Positions 26,146-39,624 of a stretch of 64,000 nucleotides of DNA are shown in pieces (position 1 is the first letter of the stretch; every line of letters begins with the position of its first letter). The translations under genes and the position numbers were made by a program. Below the pieces are notes generated by a model. That model ran no database searches and was not told the DNA's origin. It was given only the letters and a program-made list of their open reading frames with translations. This DNA is from Bacteroidaceae bacterium. GTDB lineage: Bacteria > Bacteroidota > Bacteroidia > Bacteroidales > Bacteroidaceae. The stretch is taken from assembly GCA_017447625.1 (NCBI GenBank), contig JAFSNB010000037.1:1630-65629 (forward strand), written 5' to 3'.

Positions 26146-27438
26146 ATGAACTCAATAACACCTAAGACGAACAGAGGACAGGTAGATGCCCTGCTCGGTA
26201 TAGTTTTTGGAGACGAAGGCAAAGGAAAAGTCGTGGATGTGTTCACTCCGCGCTATGATGTCGTAGCCCGTTTCGCAGGCGGCCCCAATGCCGGACATAC
26301 GATTATCTTCGAAGGAAAGAAGTTCGTTCTTCGCAGTATTCCATCGGGAATCTTTGATGAGGGCAAGCTGAATATCATTGGCAATGGGTGCGTGATAGCC
26401 CCGGATCTCTTTATGAATGAGGCCCGCGAGCTGGAGACTGCCGGTTACGACCTGCGCAGCCGTCTTCACATCAGCAACCGCGCTCATCTTATCCTTCCTA
26501 CCCACCGTGTGCTCGACCGTGCTTACGAAGCAGCCAAAGGCAAGAACAAAGTAGGCACAACCGGCAAGGGAATCGGCCCCACCTACAGCGAGAAAGCGAG
26601 CCGTACGGGCCTTCGTGTGGGTGATATCATGGAAGGTTTCGAAGCCAAATATGCAGCTTTGAAGGCTCGTCATGAGCAGATCCTGCGCGACCTGCATTAC
26701 ACGGACTATGACATCACTGACGAAGAGCGTTTGTGGCTCGAGGGCGTTGAATACATGCGTCAGTTCGTAATCACCGACACAGCAACGGAAATCAACCGCC
26801 TTATTGACGAAGGCAAGAATGTTCTTGCCGAGGGCGCTCAGGGCACGATGCTCGACATCGATCACGGCACATATCCGTTTGTCTCCTCATCTTCAACCAC
26901 CACGGGCGGCGTATGCACCGGACTTGGCGTGGCTCCGAACCGTCTTGGCGAAGTATTCGGAATCTTCAAGGCTTATTCCACACGTGTCGGTTCCGGTCCC
27001 TTCCCCGTGGAGCTGTTCGACGAGACGGGCGACCGCATCCGCGAGATTGGTCATGAGTACGGGGCTGTCACAGGCCGTAACCGCCGTTGTGGGTGGGTTG
27101 ATCTTGTGGCTCTGAAATACGCTATAATGATAAACGGAGTCACCCAGCTGATAATGATGAAGGGAGACGTTCTGGACGGTTTCGACACCATCCGGGCCTG
27201 CGTTGCCTATGAGAAGAACGGACAGCGCGTCACAGATATGCCGTTTGACACCGAGGGCTGGCAGCCTGTCTATCGCGACTTCCCCGGCTGGACGGAGGAT
27301 CTCTCTACGATGACTTCGGAGCAGCAGTTCCCAAAGAACTTCAGCGATTATATCTCGTTCCTCGAATCTGAACTCCAGACCCCGATAACGATTATCTCTG
27401 TAGGTCCGGACCGAGCACAGACGATTATCAGGGGATAA
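26146..27438 (+). CDS. purA: Adenylosuccinate synthase
   Basis: GDEGKGKVVD, GPNAGHT, TTGKGIGPTY and GAQGTMLDIDHGTYPFVSSS. The ATG at 26146 is preferred over the GTG at 26143. Confidence 0.95.
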   Translation: MNSITPKTNRGQVDALLGIVFGDEGKGKVVDVFTPRYDVVARFAGGPNAGHTIIFEGKKFVLRSIPSGIFDEGKLNIIGNGCVIAPDLFMNEARELETAGYDLRSRLHISNRAHLILPTHRVLDRAYEAAKGKNKVGTTGKGIGPTYSEKASRTGLRVGDIMEGFEAKYAALKARHEQILRDLHYTDYDITDEERLWLEGVEYMRQFVITDTATEINRLIDEGKNVLAEGAQGTMLDIDHGTYPFVSSSSTTTGGVCTGLGVAPNRLGEVFGIFKAYSTRVGSGPFPVELFDETGDRIREIGHEYGAVTGRNRRCGWVDLVALKYAIMINGVTQLIMMKGDVLDGFDTIRACVAYEKNGQRVTDMPFDTEGWQPVYRDFPGWTEDLSTMTSEQQFPKNFSDYISFLESELQTPITIISVGPDRAQTIIRG

Positions 27439-27640
27439 GGCCTCTCCCCCAACCCCTCCCCGTGGGGGAGGGGAGTCCACAAACCACTAAATCAACGATA
27501 ACGCTAACGTTAACGATAACGACCAAGCTACTAAGCTACTAAACCACTAACCCCATTGGCCCAACCTCTCCCCCCCCCACGGGGGGAGCTGGAGGGGGGC
27601 CTACCAAACCACCAAACCACCAAAAAATCAGGGGAAGTTA
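27437..27640. repeat. Composite spacer: two GC hairpin modules (27437-27478, 27558-27602) separated and followed by short tandem arrays
   Basis: Hairpins CCCCTCCCC-GTGG-GGGAGGGG and CTCCCCCCCCC-ACGG-GGGGAG. The tandem arrays are of ACGATAACG, CTACTAAG and CAAACCAC types. All read directly. Confidence 0.8.
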
Positions 27641-27744
27641 ATTGGACCAATCGTCCTTTTAACTTCCTTTTCGTTTCTCTATATCTTCCTCACAGCTTCA
27701 TTCCTCAATACATGGAAACATTTTTATAATTATTTGAGACGTGA

Positions 27745-31890
<4,146 letters not shown>

Positions 31891-31920
31891 CAAGAAACGA
31901 ACACGAATCTACCTAATCAC

Positions 31921-32040
31921 ACGAATAATTCTTCAACATTAATTGCCATTAATTATCCCGTTAATTTATCATTAATGAATAATTATATGGACAAATTTAT
32001 GATAATTATATGTGAAAAAATAAAAAGCATCGCGCCAGCC
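31921..32040. repeat. Intergenic module A (second copy; first copy at 4374-4490)
   Basis: ACGAATAATTCTTCAACATTAATTGCCATTAATT...ATATGTGAAAAAATAAAAAGCATCGCGCCAGCC aligns along its length with 4374-4490. Confidence 0.85.
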
Positions 32041-32042
32041 AA

Positions 32043-32166
32043 ATTCGTACAATTAACTTTGTTGATTGTACTCCCGCTCGGCAGACTGAAAGCAAGCTTT
32101 CGTATGCTCTCGCTTATTCGTACAATTCGTTCTATTTGTGTTCGAAAATAAAGGCATCGCGCAGCC
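32043..32166. repeat. Intergenic module B (copy 1)
   Basis: ATTCGTACAATTAACTTTGTTGATTGTACTCCCGCTCGGCAGACTGAAAGCAAGCTTTCGTATGCTCTCGCTTATTCGTACAATTCG...CATCGCGCAGCC. Further copies lie at 35690-35812 (direct) and 35458-35545 (inverted). Confidence 0.85.
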
Positions 32167-32213
32167 TAATTATGCATTATGCATTAAAAATTATGAATTG
32201 AACAAAGGCCGCC

Positions 32214-32254
32214 AAATCCTTAAATATAAAATCTATAAATCCTTAAATAGCGTT
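32214..32254 (+). promoter_or_regulatory. Shared AT-rich leader motif immediately 5' of a CAZyme start codon (copy 1 of 3)
   Basis: AAATCCTTAAATATAAAATCTATAAATCCTTAAATAGCGTT-ATG. Related copies lie at 35813-35854 and 42526-42570. Confidence 0.35.
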
Positions 32255-35200
32255 ATGAAAAAATATTGTTTACTGCTTTTGGCATTTGCCTTGCAATGCG
32301 CTTCTCTGTTCGCCCAAGAGCGCAGACCCATTGACTCGCAACACCCGCTGTGGCTCATCCATATCGATGTGTGGAACAAGGCTGACCCACAGAAAATCAT
32401 CGACCTTATCCCTGATGATGTGAAACCCTATGTTTGTATGAACCTCTCTCTCTCCTGTCAGTACGACACCCAGAAGAACGTCTATAAGATGCCGCAGAAC
32501 GCCGTCCGCACATATAAGTCGTGGGCAACTGTCTGTCAGGCAAACGGACTTTGGTTCACTTGCCAGCCGGCCAGCGGCGGCCACACCCACATCCAGGACA
32601 ACGACCTCGAGACCTTCGAATACTTCTACAAACGCTATCCCAACTTCCTCGGATGGAACTATGCCGAGCAGTTCTGGGGATTCGACGAGGCCGGCGATCG
32701 CAGCTCCAGCACACAGGCTTCACGTATCGCCCTGTTCGCTAAGTTAGTGCCTATGGCTCACAAATACGGCGGTTTCCTCACCGTCTCCTTCTGCGGTAAC
32801 ATCTGGAGTCACCCGCTGAACCCCATCGGGATGATGAAGCGCAACAAAGACCTCTTGGATGCCTGCAAGGAGTACCCCGAGGCCATCCTCTGGCTCTATA
32901 AATACACCACCTCCAGCTGCTTCTACAACAACGAGAGCGTCACCTTCGGTCCCTTTATTTCCGGTCTGGCCAAGAACTATGGCGTGCGTTACGACAACTG
33001 CGGATGGAACGGAGCTTTGGATGCTCTGCTCGGAGATGGACACGGTAAGAAATATCCCATCGCTGCCGGCATCGGAACGGTTATGGAACAGACCGCCGTC
33101 AACGGAGGCGCCGTGTGGGACGGCCCCGAACTCATCTGGACCGAGGACTTCCAGAACCTGAACAACACCACCGTTAGCGGTTACACGCGCCGCAACTGGG
33201 GCACATTCTCCAGTTTCGACAACGCCTGGATAGATATGTTCCGCAAGATTATCGACGGAACATTGCGTATCCCCACACGTGAAGAGGTCGTGCAGAAGAC
33301 CAAGATCGTGGTCATAAACAACATCACATCCGGCAACGACGAGCAGAAATACGCAGCCTGGGGAGACCTCTATGACGGCCTATACAAGCAGACCGACCCG
33401 TTCAACAGAGGCAACGGACAGTGGATGGACAACTTCTGCTATTTCAAGAGCACGGGTCGCTATGCCGCTATTCCCATCGTCACGGGACTCTATGACGACG
33501 CGGCCAACGCTATTCCCGTCAAGGTGAACAAATCTGCCTACACCACGCGCTGGTCCACTCAGACCAAGAAGGTGAACGAGTTCAACAAGCAATATCCCGA
33601 AGTCTCCAAAGGCGACCTCTACGTGAGTCGCAGAGGCAACCAGCTCGTCACCTACACCCCCTACACCTATCTGAACAAGAAGAAGACGGCCACAGCCGAG
33701 ATACCTCTGGTCTATAACGCTTGCGACACGCTTCAGCTCACCTGGGGCAAACTCAGCAGCGGTCTTATCCGCGAGTTCTCACACCACATCGACTTCTATT
33801 TGAACAACTACCGCAGCGACACCACCACCGTGCAGCTCGATAAGATTGTCATCAAGGGAGCCGTCTCCGAACCCACCTACACCTTTACCAAACGCGCTAA
33901 GGCAACGGGCTCCGCTACAGCCACCTACGATGCCGAGGCGAAGACCTACACCCTTGAGGTCAAGCACAATGGTCCCGTAGATATCACCATCAGCGACTGC
34001 TACGGCAACAATGTGCGCGAGGATATAGCTGAACGCGAGATTGAGCCTCTGTCTCTGCCCAAACAGCCGGAGGAGTATGTCGGTGAGATCATCATCGAGG
34101 CCGAGGATATGGATTACAAGAGCATCAAGAACTGCGCCACAGACCCATACAATTGGTATCCCAACGTGCGCGGACACTCAGGCAACGGATTCATAGACCT
34201 CGGTACGAGCACTTCGGCCGCCCTGCGCCACGTCCTTAACCTGAAACAGGGTGGTGACTACACCATTGCCGTCAGATACACGGGCTGCACCCAGACGGGC
34301 AAGAAACTGACCGCCACCGCAGGCGGCCGCCGCGGTTCGCTGCCGCTTGAGGTAACAGCCACCAACGAGTGGAAGAAAGCCGTCTATACCGCCACCCTGA
34401 AAGAGGGTAACAACACGCTCACTCTCGTCAATACCAGCGGTGTAGGCATCTTCATAGACCAGATAATCTACACTCCCGTCGGAGTGCCTGCTGAGAAGTT
34501 CCTCGTCACCGTAGGTGAGGCCGAGAACGGAACCGTAACCGCCGACGTGGATGAGGCAGCCGAGGGTGACACCGTGACGCTCTCTGTCGCTCCTGCTGAC
34601 GGCTTCGCGCTCACAGGCTGGATCGTGGGCCACGGAGGAGTAACCCCGTCTCTGGCTGAGGAGACTGAGGACGGCTTGGTTGCCTCGTTCGTTATGCCCG
34701 ACGACAACGTAACCATCACTCCCGTGTTCAAAGACACCACAGTAGTCTATGCCCTTGATTTCACGAACTTCGTCGGTGGCACTATGCCCGAGGGCTGGCG
34801 CACCATTCAGGGCAGCGACGAGAAGCACGAATATCCCAACACCTACACCTCCGGCGCACGCATATTCGCAGGCTTCACTGGCTATCAGGGCAAAGCCCTC
34901 TACTGGCGTGAGAACTGCGCCGAGTACGGTCGTCTGTCGGCTTATCCCCTCAACCTCAAGCCCGGCTCTTACACCCTCTCGTTCGCCTGCGCCGCGTGGA
35001 AAGGCACACCGAAATACAAGGTCAGCATCCTCTCCGCTGCGGGTGAGGCGGTGGCTGAATCAGCCGTGTGCAACGCCACACCCAACGCCAACGGCAACTC
35101 TTCTGCCAACCTCTCCTCGGCAAAAATCTATCAGCTGGACTTCGACATCACAACACAGGGCAAGTATATCATCAGTTTCCAGAACAACGGCACCGGCTTC

Positions 35201-35404
35201 GATGAGTTCCTCCTGCTCGAATGTCGCATCAACTCCACCGTTCCGGTTGGGATTGCTAACATTGAACATTCACCATTGAACATTGAACATTCTGCTGGCG
35301 CGGTGTATGACCTCAGCGGCCGAAGAATAATGGTCAATGGCAAGAAGAGGAGTCTCGGCATCTTCGTCACCCCCGACGGTAAAGTCCGCAAAATCCTCTA
35401 TTGA
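32255..35404 (+). CDS. Secreted multidomain glycoside hydrolase (tentatively GH98-like endo-xylanase) with CBM6/35-like modules and T9SS C-terminal sorting domain
   Basis: Signal peptide MKKYCLLLLAFALQCASLFAQ. The N-terminal roughly 550-aa catalytic region is assigned to a family from memory only. CBM-like EAEDMDYKS...GNGFIDLG...GDYTIAVRYTG. The CTD DNA is identical to that of the GH2 gene. Confidence 0.8.
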   Translation: MKKYCLLLLAFALQCASLFAQERRPIDSQHPLWLIHIDVWNKADPQKIIDLIPDDVKPYVCMNLSLSCQYDTQKNVYKMPQNAVRTYKSWATVCQANGLWFTCQPASGGHTHIQDNDLETFEYFYKRYPNFLGWNYAEQFWGFDEAGDRSSSTQASRIALFAKLVPMAHKYGGFLTVSFCGNIWSHPLNPIGMMKRNKDLLDACKEYPEAILWLYKYTTSSCFYNNESVTFGPFISGLAKNYGVRYDNCGWNGALDALLGDGHGKKYPIAAGIGTVMEQTAVNGGAVWDGPELIWTEDFQNLNNTTVSGYTRRNWGTFSSFDNAWIDMFRKIIDGTLRIPTREEVVQKTKIVVINNITSGNDEQKYAAWGDLYDGLYKQTDPFNRGNGQWMDNFCYFKSTGRYAAIPIVTGLYDDAANAIPVKVNKSAYTTRWSTQTKKVNEFNKQYPEVSKGDLYVSRRGNQLVTYTPYTYLNKKKTATAEIPLVYNACDTLQLTWGKLSSGLIREFSHHIDFYLNNYRSDTTTVQLDKIVIKGAVSEPTYTFTKRAKATGSATATYDAEAKTYTLEVKHNGPVDITISDCYGNNVREDIAEREIEPLSLPKQPEEYVGEIIIEAEDMDYKSIKNCATDPYNWYPNVRGHSGNGFIDLGTSTSAALRHVLNLKQGGDYTIAVRYTGCTQTGKKLTATAGGRRGSLPLEVTATNEWKKAVYTATLKEGNNTLTLVNTSGVGIFIDQIIYTPVGVPAEKFLVTVGEAENGTVTADVDEAAEGDTVTLSVAPADGFALTGWIVGHGGVTPSLAEETEDGLVASFVMPDDNVTITPVFKDTTVVYALDFTNFVGGTMPEGWRTIQGSDEKHEYPNTYTSGARIFAGFTGYQGKALYWRENCAEYGRLSAYPLNLKPGSYTLSFACAAWKGTPKYKVSILSAAGEAVAESAVCNATPNANGNSSANLSSAKIYQLDFDITTQGKYIISFQNNGTGFDEFLLLECRINSTVPVGIANIEHSPLNIEHSAGAVYDLSGRRIMVNGKKRSLGIFVTPDGKVRKILY

Positions 35405-35457
35405 CAAGAAACGAACACGAGATTTGTCGCAGACCCACGAGGAACGCAGTAATTTTG

Positions 35458-35545
35458 CGAATTGTACGAATAAGCGAGAGCAGATGAAAGCTTGCTTTCG
35501 ATATGCCGAGCGAGAGTACAATCAACGAAGTTAATTAAACGAATT
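35458..35545. repeat. Intergenic module B, inverted copy
   Basis: It is the reverse complement of module B, about 88% identical by eye. It forms an inverted pair with 35690-35812, 144 bp away. Confidence 0.8.
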
Positions 35546-35689
35546 ATTCCTCAAACAACGGATTACGCGGATTTTACGGATTTAAATCAATGCTTAATGC
35601 ATAATTAAAAATGCATAATTGGCAGACTGCTATCATAAAACGAACACGAATCTTACGAATTAAACGAATTAAAAATCGCGCCAGCCTAT

Positions 35690-35812
35690 ATTCGTACAAT
35701 TAACTTTGTTGATTATACTCCCGCTCGGCAGACTGAAAGCAAGCTTTCGTATGCTCTCGCTTATTCGTACAATTCGTATGATTCGTGTTCGAAAATAAAG
35801 CATCGCGCAGCC
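35690..35812. repeat. Intergenic module B (copy 2, direct)
   Basis: Near-identical to 32043-32166. Confidence 0.85.
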
Positions 35813-35854
35813 TAAATCATTAAATATAAAATCATTAAATCTTTAAGTTTCGTT
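35813..35854 (+). promoter_or_regulatory. Shared AT-rich leader motif (copy 2 of 3)
   Basis: TAAATCATTAAATATAAAATCATTAAATCTTTAAGTTTCGTT-ATG. Confidence 0.35.
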
Positions 35855-37885
35855 ATGAAACAAAAATTTCTTTTGAGCACAACTCTCTTGAGCGCCTTTA
35901 TGATGTTTATTTCAATTTCATCTGTGGCTCAGGAAAACAAGTTGAACAGCCCGGACAGCCAACTGTCAGTAACCCTGAACCTGTCTGGCGGCAAACCCAC
36001 ATATAGCGTCTCCCGCGCCGGAGCCGTATGTCTGGAGAACTCCCCTCTGGGTCTGAAGATGGACTTCGAGGACCTCACACAGGGTCTCACCCTGAAGGAG
36101 AGTAACATCCAGCCCGTGAAGGACGAGTACTCACTGAAGACCATCAAGCAGAGCCGTGTCACATACGAGGCCACCGAGGGCGTGTTCCAGTTCGAGAAGG
36201 ACGGCCGTCACGCCTTGGACATCATCTTCCGCGTGTCCAACCGCGACGTCGCTTTCCGCTATGTTGTATATCCGAAGAAGGGGAGACTCGTTGGAGTCGT
36301 GCAGAGCGAGGCCAGCGGCTTCAACCTGCCCGACGGCACAACCACCTTCCTCTGCCCGCAGTCGAAGCCTATGGGCGGTTTCGCACGCACCTCTCCCAGC
36401 TACGAGACCTCCTACACCCTCGACGAGCCCGCAGGCAAGAACGGCTGGGGCGAGGGCTACACCTTCCCCTGCCTCTTCCGCCTCCCCTCCAAACTGTCAA
36501 CTTCTCTCCCCCCCACGACTTCTCTCCCCCCTACGGGGGGAGCCGGAGAGGGGCTCGGAGAGGGGCCTTGGGTCTTGATCTCCGAGACCGGCACCGATGG
36601 CAATTACGTGGGCTGTCGCCTGCTTAACGACGGCGGCGCTGCCTACAAAATTGGCTTCCCGCAGGCTGGCGAGATGAACGGCGTCGGCTCTACCACGCCC
36701 TCTATCGCTCTGCCCGCAGCTACCCCTTGGCGCACCATAACCGTAGGTCCCACACTGAAGGAGATCGTGGAGACCACCGTCCCCTGGGATCTCGTTCAGC
36801 CCAAATACAAGGCCTCACGTGAATACACCTACGGCTGCGGTACCTGGTCCTGGATCATCAAGATGGACTCCAGCTGCAATTTCGACGAGCAGAAACAGTA
36901 CATCGACTTCGCCGCCGCCCTTGGCTACCGCTCCGTGCTCATCGATGCACTCTGGGACGTGCAGATTGGTTACGAGCGCATGGAAGAGCTGGCTCGCTAC
37001 GGCCGCTCCAAGGGCGTGGGCATCTTCCTCTGGTACAACTCCAACGGCGCGTGGAACGACGCTCCGCAGTCGCCCCTCGGCAAGATGGACCGCTCTGCCG
37101 CCCGTCGTCGTGAGATGGCTTGGATGCAGCGCACCGGCATCCTCGGCATCAAAGTGGATTTCTTCGGCGGTGACAAGCAGCCCATGATGCAACTCTACGA
37201 GGACATCCTTACCGACGCCAACGAGTTCGGTATTCAGGTCATCTTCCACGGCTGCACTCTGCCGCGTGGCTGGGAGCGTATGTATCCCAACTATGTCGCT
37301 TCGGAGGCCGTGCTCGCTTCGGAGAACCTCCATTTCGGTCAGGGCGCCTGCGACGCCGAGGCCCGCAACGGCTGCATCCATCCGTTCATCCGTAACACCG
37401 TCGGCTCTATGGATTTCGGAGGCTCCACGCTGAACAAGCGCTACAGCGCAGACAATCAGCATGGCACCTACCGTCGCACCAGCGATGTCTATGCCCTCGC
37501 CACCGCCGTCCTCTTCCAGAGCAGCGTCCAGCACTTCGCTATGGCTCCCAACAACCTCACCGACGCTCCTGCCTGGGCCATCGACTTCATGAAACAGGTT
37601 CCCACCACTTGGGACGAGGTCCGTTTCCTCGACGGCTATCCCGGTAAATACGTCATCTTTGCCCGTCGCAACGGTGACAAGTGGTACATCGCCGGCATCA
37701 ACGCCGAAGCAAAGCCGCTGAAGACCACCCTCACCCTGCCCATGTTCCCCGCGAAGTCCGAGGTCACCCTCTATGCCGACGACGCCACTCTCACCGGCAG
37801 CGTGAAAGCCGTCAAACTGAACAAAAAACAGCAGCTCTCCATCACAATCCCCCAGAACGGCGGCCTCGTAATCCTCGGGAAATAA
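35855..37885 (+). CDS. GH97 glycoside hydrolase (alpha-glucosidase/alpha-galactosidase family) carrying a repeat-encoded insertion
   Basis: N-terminal SPDSQLSVTLNLSGGKPTYSVSRAG..SPLGLKM is the typical GH97 N-domain. The TIM-barrel region includes IKVDFFGGD. The insertion is RLPSKLSTSLPPTTSLPPTGGAGEGLGEGP. Confidence 0.85.
   Translation: MKQKFLLSTTLLSAFMMFISISSVAQENKLNSPDSQLSVTLNLSGGKPTYSVSRAGAVCLENSPLGLKMDFEDLTQGLTLKESNIQPVKDEYSLKTIKQSRVTYEATEGVFQFEKDGRHALDIIFRVSNRDVAFRYVVYPKKGRLVGVVQSEASGFNLPDGTTTFLCPQSKPMGGFARTSPSYETSYTLDEPAGKNGWGEGYTFPCLFRLPSKLSTSLPPTTSLPPTGGAGEGLGEGPWVLISETGTDGNYVGCRLLNDGGAAYKIGFPQAGEMNGVGSTTPSIALPAATPWRTITVGPTLKEIVETTVPWDLVQPKYKASREYTYGCGTWSWIIKMDSSCNFDEQKQYIDFAAALGYRSVLIDALWDVQIGYERMEELARYGRSKGVGIFLWYNSNGAWNDAPQSPLGKMDRSAARRREMAWMQRTGILGIKVDFFGGDKQPMMQLYEDILTDANEFGIQVIFHGCTLPRGWERMYPNYVASEAVLASENLHFGQGACDAEARNGCIHPFIRNTVGSMDFGGSTLNKRYSADNQHGTYRRTSDVYALATAVLFQSSVQHFAMAPNNLTDAPAWAIDFMKQVPTTWDEVRFLDGYPGKYVIFARRNGDKWYIAGINAEAKPLKTTLTLPMFPAKSEVTLYADDATLTGSVKAVKLNKKQQLSITIPQNGGLVILGK
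36478..36567. repeat. About 90-bp GC hairpin element in frame within GH97
   Basis: AAACTGTCAACTTCTCTCCCCCCCACGACTTCTCTCCCCCCTACGGGGGGAGCCGGAGAGGGGCTCGGAGAGGGGCC. It belongs to the same family as 51415-51459, 58636-58723 and 27558-27602. Confidence 0.85.
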
Positions 37886-37989
37886 AACCCCTTCAAAAGT
37901 TAAAACAGCCTTATCTTCGACGTTATTACGTTATATCGTTATATCGTTATTTCGCCGGGCCGCTAAATCGTAAAATAAACATTATTGAA

Positions 37990-39624
37990 ATGAATATGAA
38001 GAATCTTCTTATGCTGCTGTTTGCTGTCACGCTGACGGCACAGGCACAGAACACGCCCAAGGAACCTTATTATCAGAAGGTGGAGGCGATTCAGAACCCG
38101 ATGTTGTGGGCAGATGTGCCTGACCCCGACGTGATCAGGGTGGGGGACACCTATTATCTGGTTTCGACCACGATGCACCTGATGCCGGGCGCACCCGTGA
38201 TGCGGTCCAAAGACCTGAAGAACTGGGAGACCGTGGGCTATATCTTCGACCGGCTGACGGACTCGCCCAAATACGACCTGCAGGAAGGCACGGTATATGG
38301 CCGCGGGCAGTGGGCTACGTCACTGAAGTATCACGACGGGAAGTTCTGGGCTCTGCTGGCTCCGAACGAGATGGGCAGTATGGGAGATACGTATATCTTC
38401 ACCGCTCCGAAGGCCGAAGGGCCGTGGACTATCCACTCGCGTCTGCGCCACTTCCACGACGCGACGCTGTTCTTCGACGACGACGGCACGCCGTATGTGT
38501 TCTTCGGAACGGGCGAGATGTGCCAGCTGACACGTGACCTGAAGGGGGTGGTAGATGGAAGTCTGCGCCGCTATTTCCAGAAAGAGGAGGACGAGCGCGG
38601 TCTGCTGGAAGGTACCCGCGTGATCAAGCACCGCGGCACCTACTACGCGCTGCTCATCAGCCACACGTACGCTCCCGGCCGTCACCGCCGCGAGGTCTGC
38701 TACCGCACGAAGGACCTGAAGGGGACGTGGGAGAAGAACGTGGTGTTAGAGAGCGATTTCGGCGGCTTCTCGTATCTGGCTCAGGGAACGATTGTGGATA
38801 GCGAATACGGCGACTGGTACGGTATTATGTTCCAGGATCGAGGCGGCGTGGGCCGTGTGCTCACGGTGTCGCCCGTGCGCTGGATTGACGGCTGGCCGCA
38901 GCTCGGCGACGAGAACGGCCGTGTGCCGGAGACGATGCGCCCACTGGTGAGCTGGCAGCCCGCAACGCAGATTGTGTGCAGCGACGACTTCAGCTCGACG
39001 AAACTGGGGCTGCACTGGCAGTGGAACCACAACCCGATAGACAACGCCTGGAGTCTGACTGAGCGCCCGGGATGCCTGCGTCTGAAGACCAACCGCGTGG
39101 TGCCGAACCTGTATCTGGCCCCGAACACTCTGACTCAGCGTATGTTTGGCCCGACATGCAGCGGCGCCGTATGCATAGATTTCGCGAAGATGAAGGACGG
39201 CGACTGCGCCGGATTCTCTGCCTTCAACGGCGACAGCGGCGTGCTCACGCTCAAGAAGAAGGGCAAGACCGTGACGCTGGAGATGAGCGAGCAGAAGGTG
39301 AGTCTGACTGACCGCGAGAAGGCCGTAACGAACGTGGATGAGAAGATTGTGGAGACTGTGGCACTCAGCAAGCTGTTACCCAAAGCCACGAAGATATGGC
39401 TGCGTATCGACGGCGACTTCCAACCCCGCCACAACGACGCTGCCAACTTCTTCTACAGCATGGACGGGCAGAACTGGACACAGATCGGCACCAAGGACTA
39501 CCGTTGTGTGTTCGATTACCGCCGCTTCTTCATGGGTTCGAAATTCGCCATCTTCAACTATGCCACAAAGAAAGCCGGAGGTTATGTCGATGTGGAGGAA
39601 TTTAAGATAAATGGCCCCCTATAA
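37990..39624 (+). CDS. GH43 beta-xylosidase/alpha-L-arabinofuranosidase with C-terminal lectin-like domain
   Basis: Signal peptide MNMKNLLMLLFAVTLTAQAQ, then NPMLWADVPDPDVIRVGDTYYLVSTTMHLMPGAPVMRSKDLKNWE. The ORF's 5' extension (37681-37989) overlaps GH97 and is rejected. The last 3 codons and the stop lie in a GC hairpin repeat (39612-39650). Confidence 0.85.
   Translation: MNMKNLLMLLFAVTLTAQAQNTPKEPYYQKVEAIQNPMLWADVPDPDVIRVGDTYYLVSTTMHLMPGAPVMRSKDLKNWETVGYIFDRLTDSPKYDLQEGTVYGRGQWATSLKYHDGKFWALLAPNEMGSMGDTYIFTAPKAEGPWTIHSRLRHFHDATLFFDDDGTPYVFFGTGEMCQLTRDLKGVVDGSLRRYFQKEEDERGLLEGTRVIKHRGTYYALLISHTYAPGRHRREVCYRTKDLKGTWEKNVVLESDFGGFSYLAQGTIVDSEYGDWYGIMFQDRGGVGRVLTVSPVRWIDGWPQLGDENGRVPETMRPLVSWQPATQIVCSDDFSSTKLGLHWQWNHNPIDNAWSLTERPGCLRLKTNRVVPNLYLAPNTLTQRMFGPTCSGAVCIDFAKMKDGDCAGFSAFNGDSGVLTLKKKGKTVTLEMSEQKVSLTDREKAVTNVDEKIVETVALSKLLPKATKIWLRIDGDFQPRHNDAANFFYSMDGQNWTQIGTKDYRCVFDYRRFFMGSKFAIFNYATKKAGGYVDVEEFKINGPL

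Noticed and set aside
37681-37989. 5' extension of the GH43 ORF overlapping the end of GH97
   Set aside because: The extension is Arg/Pro/His-rich nonsense overlapping a supported gene. A canonical signal peptide begins at the internal ATG at 37990.
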